Positions 49,903 to 59,537 of a DNA stretch of 64,000 bases are shown piece by piece (within the stretch, counting starts at the first letter, position 1; each line of letters begins with the position of its first letter). The notes under the pieces were generated by a model. That model had not been told where the DNA came from, searched no databases, and saw only the letters and a list, made by a program, of their open reading frames with translations. Both the position numbers and the translations under genes were made by a program. The stretch comes from Candidatus Poribacteria bacterium (GTDB lineage: Bacteria > Poribacteria > WGA-4E > UBA9662), in contig JAYZAL010000101.1 in assembly GCA_036339735.1 (NCBI GenBank), positions 8,537 to 72,536 on the forward strand, read 5' to 3'.

Positions 49903-51225
49903 ATGAGGTTCCCTAGGGCTGGGAAGGATCACTTCTATCCCGTAACATGTGGAGATGTGAATAGTCATATATCGTTGAGCTATCTATGCTTTTTATTACT
50001 GTTTTTTTTTCAGCCGAAGCTGGCAGTCTTGGAGCAAATGGGCATAACTCAATTTGAGCGACTAAAGACTGAGTTTAGTTATAAACAATGGCATCTAAAA
50101 AAAAGAAATCAAATTTCAACAGACCAGTTACGCCAAATATCTTGGCCTTGGGTATGGCGCTCTCGCTTTCAATTAGGTAATTCTGAACTAAAGATGACTA
50201 TGGTCACAAGATTTGCAACCATGCAAAGACAAAAAGAAGAGTATGAAAAAAAGATTGTCGCCACAGACCCAAGAGAACTATTGTTAAAGAAACAAAGCTT
50301 ATTTGGTATGACCGACACTCAAATAGTTTTCGATTATCACTTGCAACGAAGAGCTCGCTTTTTAACCGATTGGTTTATTGGATTGGGCTTTTCATTACCA
50401 ACGGGTAAAAATCAGTTACGGCCAATTGATGTGGAGTTAGCTAACCAATTTTATTCAGAAGTACTCGATTTCCAGATTAGTCGATTAGGTGAAGGTTTTA
50501 ACAGGGGTATTTCTCTATTCACTACTCACCGTTTTTCAACATTGTGTGTGGCTGTGGGTGGTAATTATTTGGTAAAAGGTAAGTACTCAGTTTTACCAAA
50601 CCAAGTTTATAAACCAGGTAATGAAAGTCATTTACAGGCGGTGACCTTGTGGAAAGGTCAGATTTTTTCTTGGCGCAACGATCTGGGTTTTCGGCATTAC
50701 TCACATGATAGCTTTGGTGAACAAACATGGTTTCGGCAAGGGGGAGAATTTTTGGCCGACACAAGCGTAACACTTAATTTTCTCAGGGGTCAACTCTTCA
50801 TAGGACAACACTTAATCAACCGACTCAGAAACAGTCAAATAGATGGGGGCAGGTTTGGCTTGCAAATTCGGAATACCAACAGTAATTTTCGTCAATCAAG
50901 ACTGGGTGGCAGGTATCATATATCACCGTTGATGCAGATTGAGCTACGCTACGAAAGGTTGTTCATGTTACCGAACGAAAACAAAATCGGACGAGCAAGC
51001 GTACGACACACGTCTTTTTCAGTTGCAGCCCAGTTTCGAGATTATCTTTGGGCTAATGCTGGGTGTAGTATAGGGCAAGGTGAGATGCAAGCACTGAAAT
51101 TCAATCCAAACGTAACAATTATCCCACCAGCTACTAATAGTGCCCCAGAAGGCCAGATCCGCCTAAATGGCTTGAGTTTTTGGCTAGGAATACGCCAAAA
51201 TTTTGATCTGCGTGAAATAAATTAA
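49903..51225 (+). CDS. Putative outer-membrane beta-barrel
   Basis: Alternating aromatic/hydrophobic strands, including GLGFSLPTGK and Y.PG.E. Confidence 0.55.
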   Translation: MRFPRAGKDHFYPVTCGDVNSHISLSYLCFLLLFFFQPKLAVLEQMGITQFERLKTEFSYKQWHLKKRNQISTDQLRQISWPWVWRSRFQLGNSELKMTMVTRFATMQRQKEEYEKKIVATDPRELLLKKQSLFGMTDTQIVFDYHLQRRARFLTDWFIGLGFSLPTGKNQLRPIDVELANQFYSEVLDFQISRLGEGFNRGISLFTTHRFSTLCVAVGGNYLVKGKYSVLPNQVYKPGNESHLQAVTLWKGQIFSWRNDLGFRHYSHDSFGEQTWFRQGGEFLADTSVTLNFLRGQLFIGQHLINRLRNSQIDGGRFGLQIRNTNSNFRQSRLGGRYHISPLMQIELRYERLFMLPNENKIGRASVRHTSFSVAAQFRDYLWANAGCSIGQGEMQALKFNPNVTIIPPATNSAPEGQIRLNGLSFWLGIRQNFDLREIN

Positions 51226-51226
51226 T

Positions 51227-52132
51227 ATGCTAAATATTACTGGCAAAACAAGAATCATTGGCGTCATCGGTTATCCCGTGTCTCATAGTCGTTCTCCACA
51301 AATGCACAATGCTGCTATTGCGGATTTAGGTTTGAATTTTGTCTACCTTCCTTTTAATATCAAGCCCCAAGATCTAGAAGATGCAATTAAGGGATTTAAA
51401 GCACAACAATTAGTGGGTGTGAACGTGACCATTCCACACAAACAAGTTGTTATGCCCATGGTAGATCAACTTTCCACACAAGCTGATCTCATCGGGGCTG
51501 TTAATACTCTGATTTTCGAAGAGGACCAAATTTACGGTCACAATACAGATGCGGAGGGTTTCATTCAGGCAATGGAAGAAACTCTTAGTCTATCTCAGAT
51601 TGAACTACCCCGCCACGCTATCAAAGTCGTTGTTTTAGGAGCTGGTGGTGCTGCACGAGCAATTATCGTCGCACTAGCCTTGAATGGCGCAACCGAAATT
51701 ATCGTCGCTAATCGTACGAAAGCTAGAGCTGAGCAGTTAATTAGAGACTTAGGTTGCAAGTTTTCAGGGCTCGGGCGAGTGAACCAAGTCCAGCTGAAAT
51801 TTGCTGAGATTAATTCTGAAGAGCTGGCGAATCACATTTGTACCAGTCATCTCTTGGTTAATACTACATCAGTTGGTATGATTACAAATACTGAAATTGA
51901 CCTATTTAACCTCGATGCCTTGTCTGCTCGAACAGTGGTTTATGACATAGTATATACACCACCTGTTACAGCCTTGATGAAGGCGGCTCAGATTAGAGGT
52001 TGTCCCACTATTGGTGGTATAGGTATGTTGGTTCACCAAGGGGCAATTGCTTTCCAGAAGTGGACGAATGTCGTACCAAGTGTCAGTATTATGAGGCAGG
52101 CTTTACTTCGGTCTTTGGGTGATAGTACGTAA
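51227..52132 (+). CDS. aroE: Shikimate dehydrogenase
   Basis: HSRSP.MHN, NVTIPHK, GAVNT, NTD, GAGGAA and MLVHQG. Confidence 0.96.
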   Translation: MLNITGKTRIIGVIGYPVSHSRSPQMHNAAIADLGLNFVYLPFNIKPQDLEDAIKGFKAQQLVGVNVTIPHKQVVMPMVDQLSTQADLIGAVNTLIFEEDQIYGHNTDAEGFIQAMEETLSLSQIELPRHAIKVVVLGAGGAARAIIVALALNGATEIIVANRTKARAEQLIRDLGCKFSGLGRVNQVQLKFAEINSEELANHICTSHLLVNTTSVGMITNTEIDLFNLDALSARTVVYDIVYTPPVTALMKAAQIRGCPTIGGIGMLVHQGAIAFQKWTNVVPSVSIMRQALLRSLGDST

Positions 52133-52212
52133 ATTTTTCACGAAATTTTATAGGTGAGCGGCTACGTATAAATTTATACAAACCTAAATCACATAAACAA
52201 AATTAATAAAGT

Positions 52213-52518
52213 ATGACAAATCAAGATTTATCAACAAAAGAAACGAAGACTGAAGCTACAGCTATTGAAGTTGATATTTTCAATGTTCGTTACACTGTGA
52301 AACCACCAAACAACCTAACAGTTGACGACATTAAGGAGTTAGCAAACTACATTGATGGCTTGATGCGCCGATTAGGAAATGACCATGGAACTAATGATCC
52401 ATTGAGTCGAGCTATCTTAGTCGCACTAAACTTGGCAGCTGAAATGAGAGGTACAAAAGTTGATTCGGAAGATACAATTAACGATCTAATTTCTAAACTT
52501 GATCAAGTTCTTAGTTAA
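52213..52518 (+). CDS. zapA: Cell division protein ZapA
   Basis: V.IFN..Y.V...ELANYID..M...AILVALNLA.E. Confidence 0.85.
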   Translation: MTNQDLSTKETKTEATAIEVDIFNVRYTVKPPNNLTVDDIKELANYIDGLMRRLGNDHGTNDPLSRAILVALNLAAEMRGTKVDSEDTINDLISKLDQVLS

Positions 52519-52545
52519 TCGAATCGAAAAAATATTTGATAAATT

Positions 52546-53583
52546 TTGAATCATCGTAATTCCAATGATTTTTCAAGCCTGAGTCGACAAGAAGAGATCG
52601 ATTCGTTTTGCCAAAAATTTACTCTTGTTCAAGCAGAAATTCAAAAGCGTATTATAGGTCAAGATACAATCATCGAGAATGTACTGATCGGCTTTTTTGC
52701 CGATGGTCATGTATTACTAGAAGGCGTACCAGGCTTAGGAAAAACGAAATTAGTTCAAACCCTGAGTGAAGCCTTGGGCTTGAAGCATAAGCGGATACAA
52801 TTCACACCTGATATGATGCCTTCAGACATCACGGGAATCAGGTTATTAGTCGATGATTCTCAAAGTGAAGCAAGTCATCAAACCCAAAGCCGGTTTGAAT
52901 TCGAACCTGGGCCAATTTTCTCGCAAATAGTCCTAGCAGACGAAATTAATCGAGCTACTCCACGTACGCAATCAGCCTTGTTGGAAGCAATGCAGGAGCG
53001 AACGGTAAGTGTTTCAAATACCAGCTACCAACTACAAAGACCTTTTTGTGTAGTAGCGACACAAAATCCATTAGAAATGGATGGAACCTACAGGCTACCA
53101 GAAGCTCAATTAGATCGTTTTTTTTTCAAACTTGTATTCAATCTTCCAACAGCTGACCACCTGCTACAAATTATGCACCAAACGACAACTACAGAAACCG
53201 ATCGACTCCAGCAAAAGCTGTCTTCTGAACAAATTTTATGGATGCAAAAATTAGTTCTTGAAGTTCAAATACCCGATTCAGTTGCTAAATACATTGTTCA
53301 ACTTGTTCGAGCGACACATCCTAATCATCCCGGTAGTCATGATTATGCTAATCAGTATGTTAAATTGGGAGCGGGGGTCCGGGGTATGCAAGCTATTACG
53401 TTAGCAGCTAAAGTAAAAGCATTACTTGATGCACGTTTAAATATTGATTTTGAAGATTTAGACCAAGTTGTTTTTCCTGCGCTCCGGCACCGAATCTTGC
53501 TTAATTTTGACGCTCAAGCTCAGGGGATAACTACCGACAGCATTATCCAAGAAATTTTAGTTAAAAAGAAAATAGAAATATGA
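52546..53583 (+). CDS. MoxR-family AAA+ ATPase
   Basis: HVLLEGVPGLGKT, RIQFTPD.MPSD, ADEINRA, ATQNPLE and LPEAQLDRF. Confidence 0.95.
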   Translation: MNHRNSNDFSSLSRQEEIDSFCQKFTLVQAEIQKRIIGQDTIIENVLIGFFADGHVLLEGVPGLGKTKLVQTLSEALGLKHKRIQFTPDMMPSDITGIRLLVDDSQSEASHQTQSRFEFEPGPIFSQIVLADEINRATPRTQSALLEAMQERTVSVSNTSYQLQRPFCVVATQNPLEMDGTYRLPEAQLDRFFFKLVFNLPTADHLLQIMHQTTTTETDRLQQKLSSEQILWMQKLVLEVQIPDSVAKYIVQLVRATHPNHPGSHDYANQYVKLGAGVRGMQAITLAAKVKALLDARLNIDFEDLDQVVFPALRHRILLNFDAQAQGITTDSIIQEILVKKKIEI

Positions 53584-54734
53584 CACCAATTGATTTTCAG
53601 ATTCAAAGTTTAGGTGAATTTCGTCAAGTTGAAATCATCAAGGAGAAGATAGTCAACTTGCCCCAGTCGGACTTAGAAGTTGGCCTACCACCAATTTTGG
53701 AAAGCAACAATTATCATGATATCTTTTCGGCGCTCGGATTGGCAGTTTTTCAAAACTTGCCACCAGGCAGTGATCTTCAACGTCAACTTCCGATTGCGCA
53801 TGAATTCTTTTGCGGTGATTTTGTATTCCTAGAGTTTTTAGTTGCTAATTTTAAGTCCAACCAAAAAACGAAAATCCAACTACGGGATCCTCAACCTGGT
53901 CCTACAGACCGGATTGAAAAATTATTTCAGCAACTGCGAGGGTCAATGTACTACGGCGATACAGAAGCTGCTGATGATGCTGTAACTAAATTATGTAGAA
54001 CCACTTCAATATTCCAGATTTTTGAGTATATTTTTGAGCTAGGGATTCAAGATATGTCACTCGGAGCTAAAAAAGCTATAACGTCTGTTCAGTATTGGCA
54101 ATTATCATCAATTCTTAGGCATAACTGTACTTCTTTATTGTTACGCTCTTTGGTTCGTTATTTTTGTCAAAGTCTGAACCGTACACCACAGGCCGATCGA
54201 CACGACATTACTTCTTGGATCGAGAGCGAAAGTTTAGCTAACCAAAAAGGAGATAGTTGGATTTATCATTTACCTAGCCGACCGCCAGATGTTCGAAACT
54301 TAATGCAAACTATAAGGGACGGGACCTCTCTGGTTGCGCTAGCTAGGGCCGATGAAGCATTACGTCAAGGTTACCACCCGATTTGGATCTGGTCCGCTAT
54401 TTTTCAGCTAGCGATATATGAGTGTCAGTTATCAGGTTTCGAACACCCCAAAGACAATACCCTTTTAGGGGTTGCAAGTCTATTTAAAATAAGTCAACTC
54501 GTTCACAATCCATCCTTACGTCTAAAAGCTATGTTTCAAGCTGTGGCGATGGTCGCAAGTCGTAAAGGAACACACAATAAGAAACTTATATATTCAAATG
54601 AGAATATCACTGAATTCTATAATGAACTACATCAAAAAGCTAATGGTGCTTCTTCAACCGACTGCTTGCAATTTTACGAACTGATATCTGGATTGAACAA
54701 TTGGTTTAAGTACCAAAGTCTATTCGCAATATGA
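53580..54734 (+). CDS. Hypothetical, largely helical protein coupled to MoxR
   Basis: 384-aa ORF with ATGA overlap and no recognised motif. Confidence 0.65.
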   Translation: MTPIDFQIQSLGEFRQVEIIKEKIVNLPQSDLEVGLPPILESNNYHDIFSALGLAVFQNLPPGSDLQRQLPIAHEFFCGDFVFLEFLVANFKSNQKTKIQLRDPQPGPTDRIEKLFQQLRGSMYYGDTEAADDAVTKLCRTTSIFQIFEYIFELGIQDMSLGAKKAITSVQYWQLSSILRHNCTSLLLRSLVRYFCQSLNRTPQADRHDITSWIESESLANQKGDSWIYHLPSRPPDVRNLMQTIRDGTSLVALARADEALRQGYHPIWIWSAIFQLAIYECQLSGFEHPKDNTLLGVASLFKISQLVHNPSLRLKAMFQAVAMVASRKGTHNKKLIYSNENITEFYNELHQKANGASSTDCLQFYELISGLNNWFKYQSLFAI

Positions 54735-54755
54735 GATGTCAAACATGTAGATGTT

Positions 54756-55649
54756 GTGGGGTATAATCTAATGCTAGATACTTGGGTGCCACAAGAATTT
54801 CACTTGGACGATCGTCAGGATATGGAAAGTCTGGTTGGCCAACGTGCCGACCTACTTGATTCATTAGCCAAAGCCAAAATACCTGCAATTGTTTTTCGAT
54901 CTGTTTACGACCCATCTGATTGTGTGTCGTTAATCCAAAGATTTACCGATATAGGCCTGATACGTGCCTCTAGGCATCTAGACCAAAGCCAACACTGGAT
55001 AAATAAAAATATTAACGATGACATGCGTACGCGCATCGATATTGGTACAAGTTTGGGCAATCTAGGTTCTGACAAAGATTTCTTCTTTCGACATGCGAGA
55101 GCCACTCAGTTCCTGTTTAAATTTTTGTTTCAGGGATATATCAATCCTATTCAGCAAGTTTATGATAGCTTGTCAACTTTAGCAAAAGGTAAAACTGTAA
55201 CCACAGCTTATGAAGCTGATGGACAACAATATGGCCCGGCTATTTTTCGTGCTCATTACGAAAGTCATGCATACAAACCACATATCGATAGTGTCAAGCT
55301 GCGGGAGAAACGGATAAATTACAATGTTTATAGATTTGATCATCAATTGGCGGGTGTATTGTGTTTTCAGAATTCTGATCAAAACAATACCGGAGTTCAA
55401 TCACTTTTGTATCGCTGCCTATGGTCCCCAGAAGTTCAGGTGATAATTGAAAACAATACTTTTCACCAGTATGCCCAAGAGGAAAAAATTCAAACTTACC
55501 AGGTAAATCTTCAACCGGGTGATCTTTACTTTTTTAACACTCATTGTGTCCATGAAGTTCCCGCAATAGAGGGAAACAAGCCTCGAATCGTGTTGGCTGT
55601 ATTTATCGGATATTCTCAATCAGAAAAGGAGGTTTTTGTTTGGTCGTAA
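54756..55649 (+). CDS. 2OG-Fe(II) oxygenase superfamily protein
   Basis: PHID (HxD), PGDLYFFN...VHEV and distal R (RIVL). Confidence 0.75.
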   Translation: MGYNLMLDTWVPQEFHLDDRQDMESLVGQRADLLDSLAKAKIPAIVFRSVYDPSDCVSLIQRFTDIGLIRASRHLDQSQHWINKNINDDMRTRIDIGTSLGNLGSDKDFFFRHARATQFLFKFLFQGYINPIQQVYDSLSTLAKGKTVTTAYEADGQQYGPAIFRAHYESHAYKPHIDSVKLREKRINYNVYRFDHQLAGVLCFQNSDQNNTGVQSLLYRCLWSPEVQVIIENNTFHQYAQEEKIQTYQVNLQPGDLYFFNTHCVHEVPAIEGNKPRIVLAVFIGYSQSEKEVFVWS

Positions 55650-55673
55650 TTCAGAACGGCTAGAAACACACAA

Positions 55674-56423
55674 ATGCTATTTCGACGTAGTTATCTTCTT
55701 TTTCTTGCTCTAATTCAGATTTTTTTGTTGTTGCCAAGTTGCCATGACTCTAAAAAGACAAGCCCAGATAGAAAACGTAAAATCAAGCAGATTCAAACCC
55801 AAGTCAAGAGACTTGATTCGGTACAGCCTGACGAAGTAAACAATGCCATTCAAGAACTTCGGCAAATTGGTGCTTCTGCTGTGCCTATTCTTGTTGAAGC
55901 TCTAGAGCACGATTCAGTTCAATTGCGTAGTAATTCAGCGAGAGCGCTACCAGTATTAGGAGCTAGCTCGTATCAAGCCATTCCGGCATTGATTCAAGCT
56001 TTATCTGATAAACAAGCTAGTGTTCGACAGCAAGCGGCTTTTTCGCTAGGCCTGATTGGTGCCCTAACCAATATTCAATCGTCAAACACAAATGATACTT
56101 TGGTAAAGCGGATGCTACCAGCTTTGGTTAGCACTCTAGATGATGAAAGTATTGCGGTCCGTTCAAATGCTGCTAGTGCACTAGGCATGCTGGGGGAGAT
56201 TGCAGTTGACGCCGTACCGGTTCTCGTTGAAGCCTTAGACTCACCTGACTCAAACTTCCGCGCCGATATTGTAGCCGCTTTGGGGCTAATTGGTGAACCA
56301 AAGAACATGGTTATTTCCAAATTGACTGAATCTTTGAACGACGAAAGTCCAGATGTACGTCAGTGTGCGAACTTCCATTTAGAAAGACTTAGCACCATTA
56401 ATTCAATTGCAGTCCCACCCTAA
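55674..56423 (+). CDS. HEAT-repeat lipoprotein
   Basis: LPS-C lipobox and repeated A.P.L..AL.D....VR..AA.ALG.IG. Confidence 0.88.
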   Translation: MLFRRSYLLFLALIQIFLLLPSCHDSKKTSPDRKRKIKQIQTQVKRLDSVQPDEVNNAIQELRQIGASAVPILVEALEHDSVQLRSNSARALPVLGASSYQAIPALIQALSDKQASVRQQAAFSLGLIGALTNIQSSNTNDTLVKRMLPALVSTLDDESIAVRSNAASALGMLGEIAVDAVPVLVEALDSPDSNFRADIVAALGLIGEPKNMVISKLTESLNDESPDVRQCANFHLERLSTINSIAVPP

Positions 56424-56427
56424 TTTT

Positions 56428-57852
56428 TTATAGGATGGTCGCTTGTACGGTATTTTGAGTATTTGGCTGAGCAGAGAAAACGCGGTCTCCAGCAATAATC
56501 ACAATGTAGTCGCCTTTATTAGCTAATTCTGATTGGAGAACCGCTGATTTTACTACAGTAACTAATTCTTCTAAAGTCTGGAAGTCTTTGGTGGTAATAT
56601 CGATAGTTCCCCAGTATAACAGACACTTGCGAAGGGTTTCCTGGTTGGAGCTGGCTACTACGATTGGCGCACGCGGCCGCCTTTTCGATACATTCCAAAC
56701 AGTCTTACCTGAGTCAGTGCAGCAAATAATAAGTGCAGCACCAATTTCCAACGCGATCTGGCAAGCCGCATTACCTACTGCATCAGGTAAATCTTCGTTT
56801 ATAACCAGCGGCTTAGAGCGGAAGTTTGCCTCATAATCTAAGCAATCTTCTGTTGATTTTGCCACCTTTGTCATCATATTAACAGATTCGATGGGATAAC
56901 GACCAATTGCTGTTTCGGCTGATAACATTACTGACGATGTCCCATCGTGAATAGCATTCGCAATATCGGTAACTTCCGCTCGAGTTGGCGTTGGATTATG
57001 TATCATCGATTCTAGCATCTGAGTTGCCGTAATGATGGGCTTACCATAAGAATTAGCTATCTGTATTATTTCTTTCTGAAGATTTGGTACATCTTGTAGG
57101 GGTACTTCTAACCCGAGGTCTCCACGAGCAATCATCACACCATCTGCAGACTGAATAATACCACCCAAGTCCGATAACGCCTCACGCTTTTCCAACTTTG
57201 CAATAATCGGCTTTTCATGTCCTAAATTTTTTAATTGCAGACGAAGGTTTTTGACATCAGATGTATCGCGGATGAAGGATTGTGCCACCCAATCAATTCC
57301 CAAATCCACTCCAAATTTTAGATCGATCACATCCTTCTCTGTCGGGATACCCATATTAAGTCGTAAGCCTGGAATAGTAATTCCTTTACGAGATCGAAGT
57401 TCACCACCTGCTGTAACTTGACATAGTATGTCTGTATCTGCGACCTTTTCCACGAGCAGTTGTATCTCTCCATCGGCTAAGAAGATTTTTTCCTCAACAC
57501 GAATAGAATTTATCATCTCGGGCGTATTAAAAGAAACCTGCCTCTCGTTTCCAATAATTGATCGAGTAGTCAAAGTAAAGGCGCTCCCTTCTTCTAAAGT
57601 GACCATTCCATCATTAAAGTTACCAACTCGAATTTTTGGCCCTGATAAATCTTGTAAAATAGGAATTCGCTTACCTGTATCTTTTTCTGTTTGTTTTATG
57701 TTTTGAATTACTTCAGTCTTTTCTTTATGTGTGCCATGTGAAAAGGAAACACGAGCAATGTCCATACCAGCTTCTACCATTTTGGTGATTGTTTTGACAG
57801 ATTCGCTAGCTGGGCCAATGGTACAAACAATTTTGGTTTTTTTAATATTCAT
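56428..57852 (-). CDS. pyk: Pyruvate kinase
   Basis: TKIVCTIGPAS, DLSGPKIR, IARGDLG, ATQMLESM and PTRAEVTD. Confidence 0.97.
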   Translation of the reverse strand: MNIKKTKIVCTIGPASESVKTITKMVEAGMDIARVSFSHGTHKEKTEVIQNIKQTEKDTGKRIPILQDLSGPKIRVGNFNDGMVTLEEGSAFTLTTRSIIGNERQVSFNTPEMINSIRVEEKIFLADGEIQLLVEKVADTDILCQVTAGGELRSRKGITIPGLRLNMGIPTEKDVIDLKFGVDLGIDWVAQSFIRDTSDVKNLRLQLKNLGHEKPIIAKLEKREALSDLGGIIQSADGVMIARGDLGLEVPLQDVPNLQKEIIQIANSYGKPIITATQMLESMIHNPTPTRAEVTDIANAIHDGTSSVMLSAETAIGRYPIESVNMMTKVAKSTEDCLDYEANFRSKPLVINEDLPDAVGNAACQIALEIGAALIICCTDSGKTVWNVSKRRPRAPIVVASSNQETLRKCLLYWGTIDITTKDFQTLEELVTVVKSAVLQSELANKGDYIVIIAGDRVFSAQPNTQNTVQATIL

Positions 57853-58016
57853 TTGGTAGAGAAAAATCCTATGAAATAGTAATTTGTTTTGAACGTATTA
57901 TAGCTGAATTTACTGAAAATAGTTTGTGATTACTAGATCAATTCTGTGTAGATTTAGTATTGATGTCCCAATCAATTTTTGATACACTGTCTCATCTCTA
58001 GAACTCTTTAGAAGTT

Positions 58017-58709
58017 GTGAACAAGAATATGGATTTGGAGAATCTTAAACAACAAGCGGCGAAATCGGCTGTTGATTTTGTTCAGTCTGGTATGGTCATT
58101 GGTTTAGGGAGTGGTTCTACGGTTTATCACGCTCTTCTTGAAATCGGTAAACGTGTACAGGATGGCATGGATATTATTGGCATTCCAACGTCTATTCAAA
58201 CAGCCCGAATAGCAGAAAGTCTGAAAATACCTTTGTCGGACTTAGATTCCCATACAAATCTTGATTTGACAATCGACGGAGCCGATGAAATTGATACTAA
58301 TCTTAATCTCATCAAAGGCTTAGGTGGAGCATTAGTAAGAGAAAAAATTACGGCTGAAGTTTCCCAACAGTTGATTATTATTGCTGATCAAAGCAAGATC
58401 GTTCCGTATCTTGGTCAGGTTTCACCACTACCAGTTGAAGTTGTAAAATTTGGATGGAAAGCCACACAGGATCGTATCAGCGAGTTTTGTACCAGAGTTG
58501 AAAGGCGGTTTGAGCAGTCAGGCGTGTATATTACAGACAATGGCAACTATATTCTGGACTGTTATTTCGACAAGATTACTCAAGCTGCGAAAACGGAAGT
58601 CGATATCAACAATCTGCCCGGAGTAGTAGAAAATGGGTTGTTTATAGATAGGGTAAAATTGGCAATTATTGGCACGAAAAATGGCATCCAGCATCAATAT
58701 AAGTCTTGA
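58017..58709 (+). CDS. rpiA: Ribose-5-phosphate isomerase A
   Basis: GLGSGST, DGADE, IKGLGGAL.REK and TDNGN. ATG at 58029 is the likely start. Confidence 0.96.
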   Translation: MNKNMDLENLKQQAAKSAVDFVQSGMVIGLGSGSTVYHALLEIGKRVQDGMDIIGIPTSIQTARIAESLKIPLSDLDSHTNLDLTIDGADEIDTNLNLIKGLGGALVREKITAEVSQQLIIIADQSKIVPYLGQVSPLPVEVVKFGWKATQDRISEFCTRVERRFEQSGVYITDNGNYILDCYFDKITQAAKTEVDINNLPGVVENGLFIDRVKLAIIGTKNGIQHQYKS

Positions 58710-59446
58710 ATGTGGAGAAATTTTGGGTTTTCACTTTTCTGCTTATAGTTATGTCCTTTACGAGTGGTACCAACTCTGGTTGGTGCGACCCAGAGCCAGA
58801 GCTTTTGCCACATGGTGTGTTTGTTGCAAGCTTAGGACTCAATACTCAGTTAGTTGATTCTTTGGTATCTACTGTAGGCCAATTGCGTGCAGGTATTTTT
58901 AGCTTTATTGAAATTAACGTGGATTCTATTCTAGCGGATGAAAGTATTACAACAAGGGTAAGATTATTAAAAGAGAACGGCAAAATTCCTCAGTTAGTGT
59001 CTGGACTTTCTAGCAGAGGAAATTATCAACTACTTTTCAGTAAGTCTTTCAACTTACCAAAGATTCAATCCTTTCAGTTGTACTTTGGTTTAGTTGACTC
59101 GCTGGACTTGGGACAAAGTAATTTGGACATAAAACAGCAAACCGATAGCCAAAGAGCCCTCCTGATTGGAAGCCAAAAATCTATTGAACCTGCATGGGTG
59201 AATGGGGAGTTCTTATTGAGATGGCAGGGTAACCTCACAAATGAAAGTGAGCTTACTTCCATTTTTACCACCCGCTTGATTATGAAAACAGGTCTTTGGT
59301 TGGATGTTCAGGTTACAAAAAGAATGAAAGATATAAATATCAGTAGCAAAATTTCGTGGAGTAATCAGCAAATACTAGCTGAGATCGAGTCGGTGAGACG
59401 ACTAGCCAAAAATATCAGCCGAATGAGGCAACAAGAGGCTAACTGA
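58706..59446 (+). CDS. Hypothetical exported, beta-rich protein
   Basis: N-terminal signal-like segment and GTGA overlap with rpiA. Confidence 0.55.
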   Translation: MNVEKFWVFTFLLIVMSFTSGTNSGWCDPEPELLPHGVFVASLGLNTQLVDSLVSTVGQLRAGIFSFIEINVDSILADESITTRVRLLKENGKIPQLVSGLSSRGNYQLLFSKSFNLPKIQSFQLYFGLVDSLDLGQSNLDIKQQTDSQRALLIGSQKSIEPAWVNGEFLLRWQGNLTNESELTSIFTTRLIMKTGLWLDVQVTKRMKDINISSKISWSNQQILAEIESVRRLAKNISRMRQQEAN

Positions 59447-59537
59447 TTTGATTGTGGAAATCCTTGAAAGCATTAGAGATAAGTATTAGTTTCAGTAAAT
59501 TTAATTTTTAGTCAGCAGATCACTAGGAGAATTTGAA

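Noticed and set aside
52519-52545. 6S RNA expected after zapA
   Set aside because: Only 27 bp separate zapA from the next ORF.
54756-55649. 2OG-dependent halogenase
   Set aside because: The HxD carboxylate is retained (PHID), whereas halogenases have Ala or Gly there.
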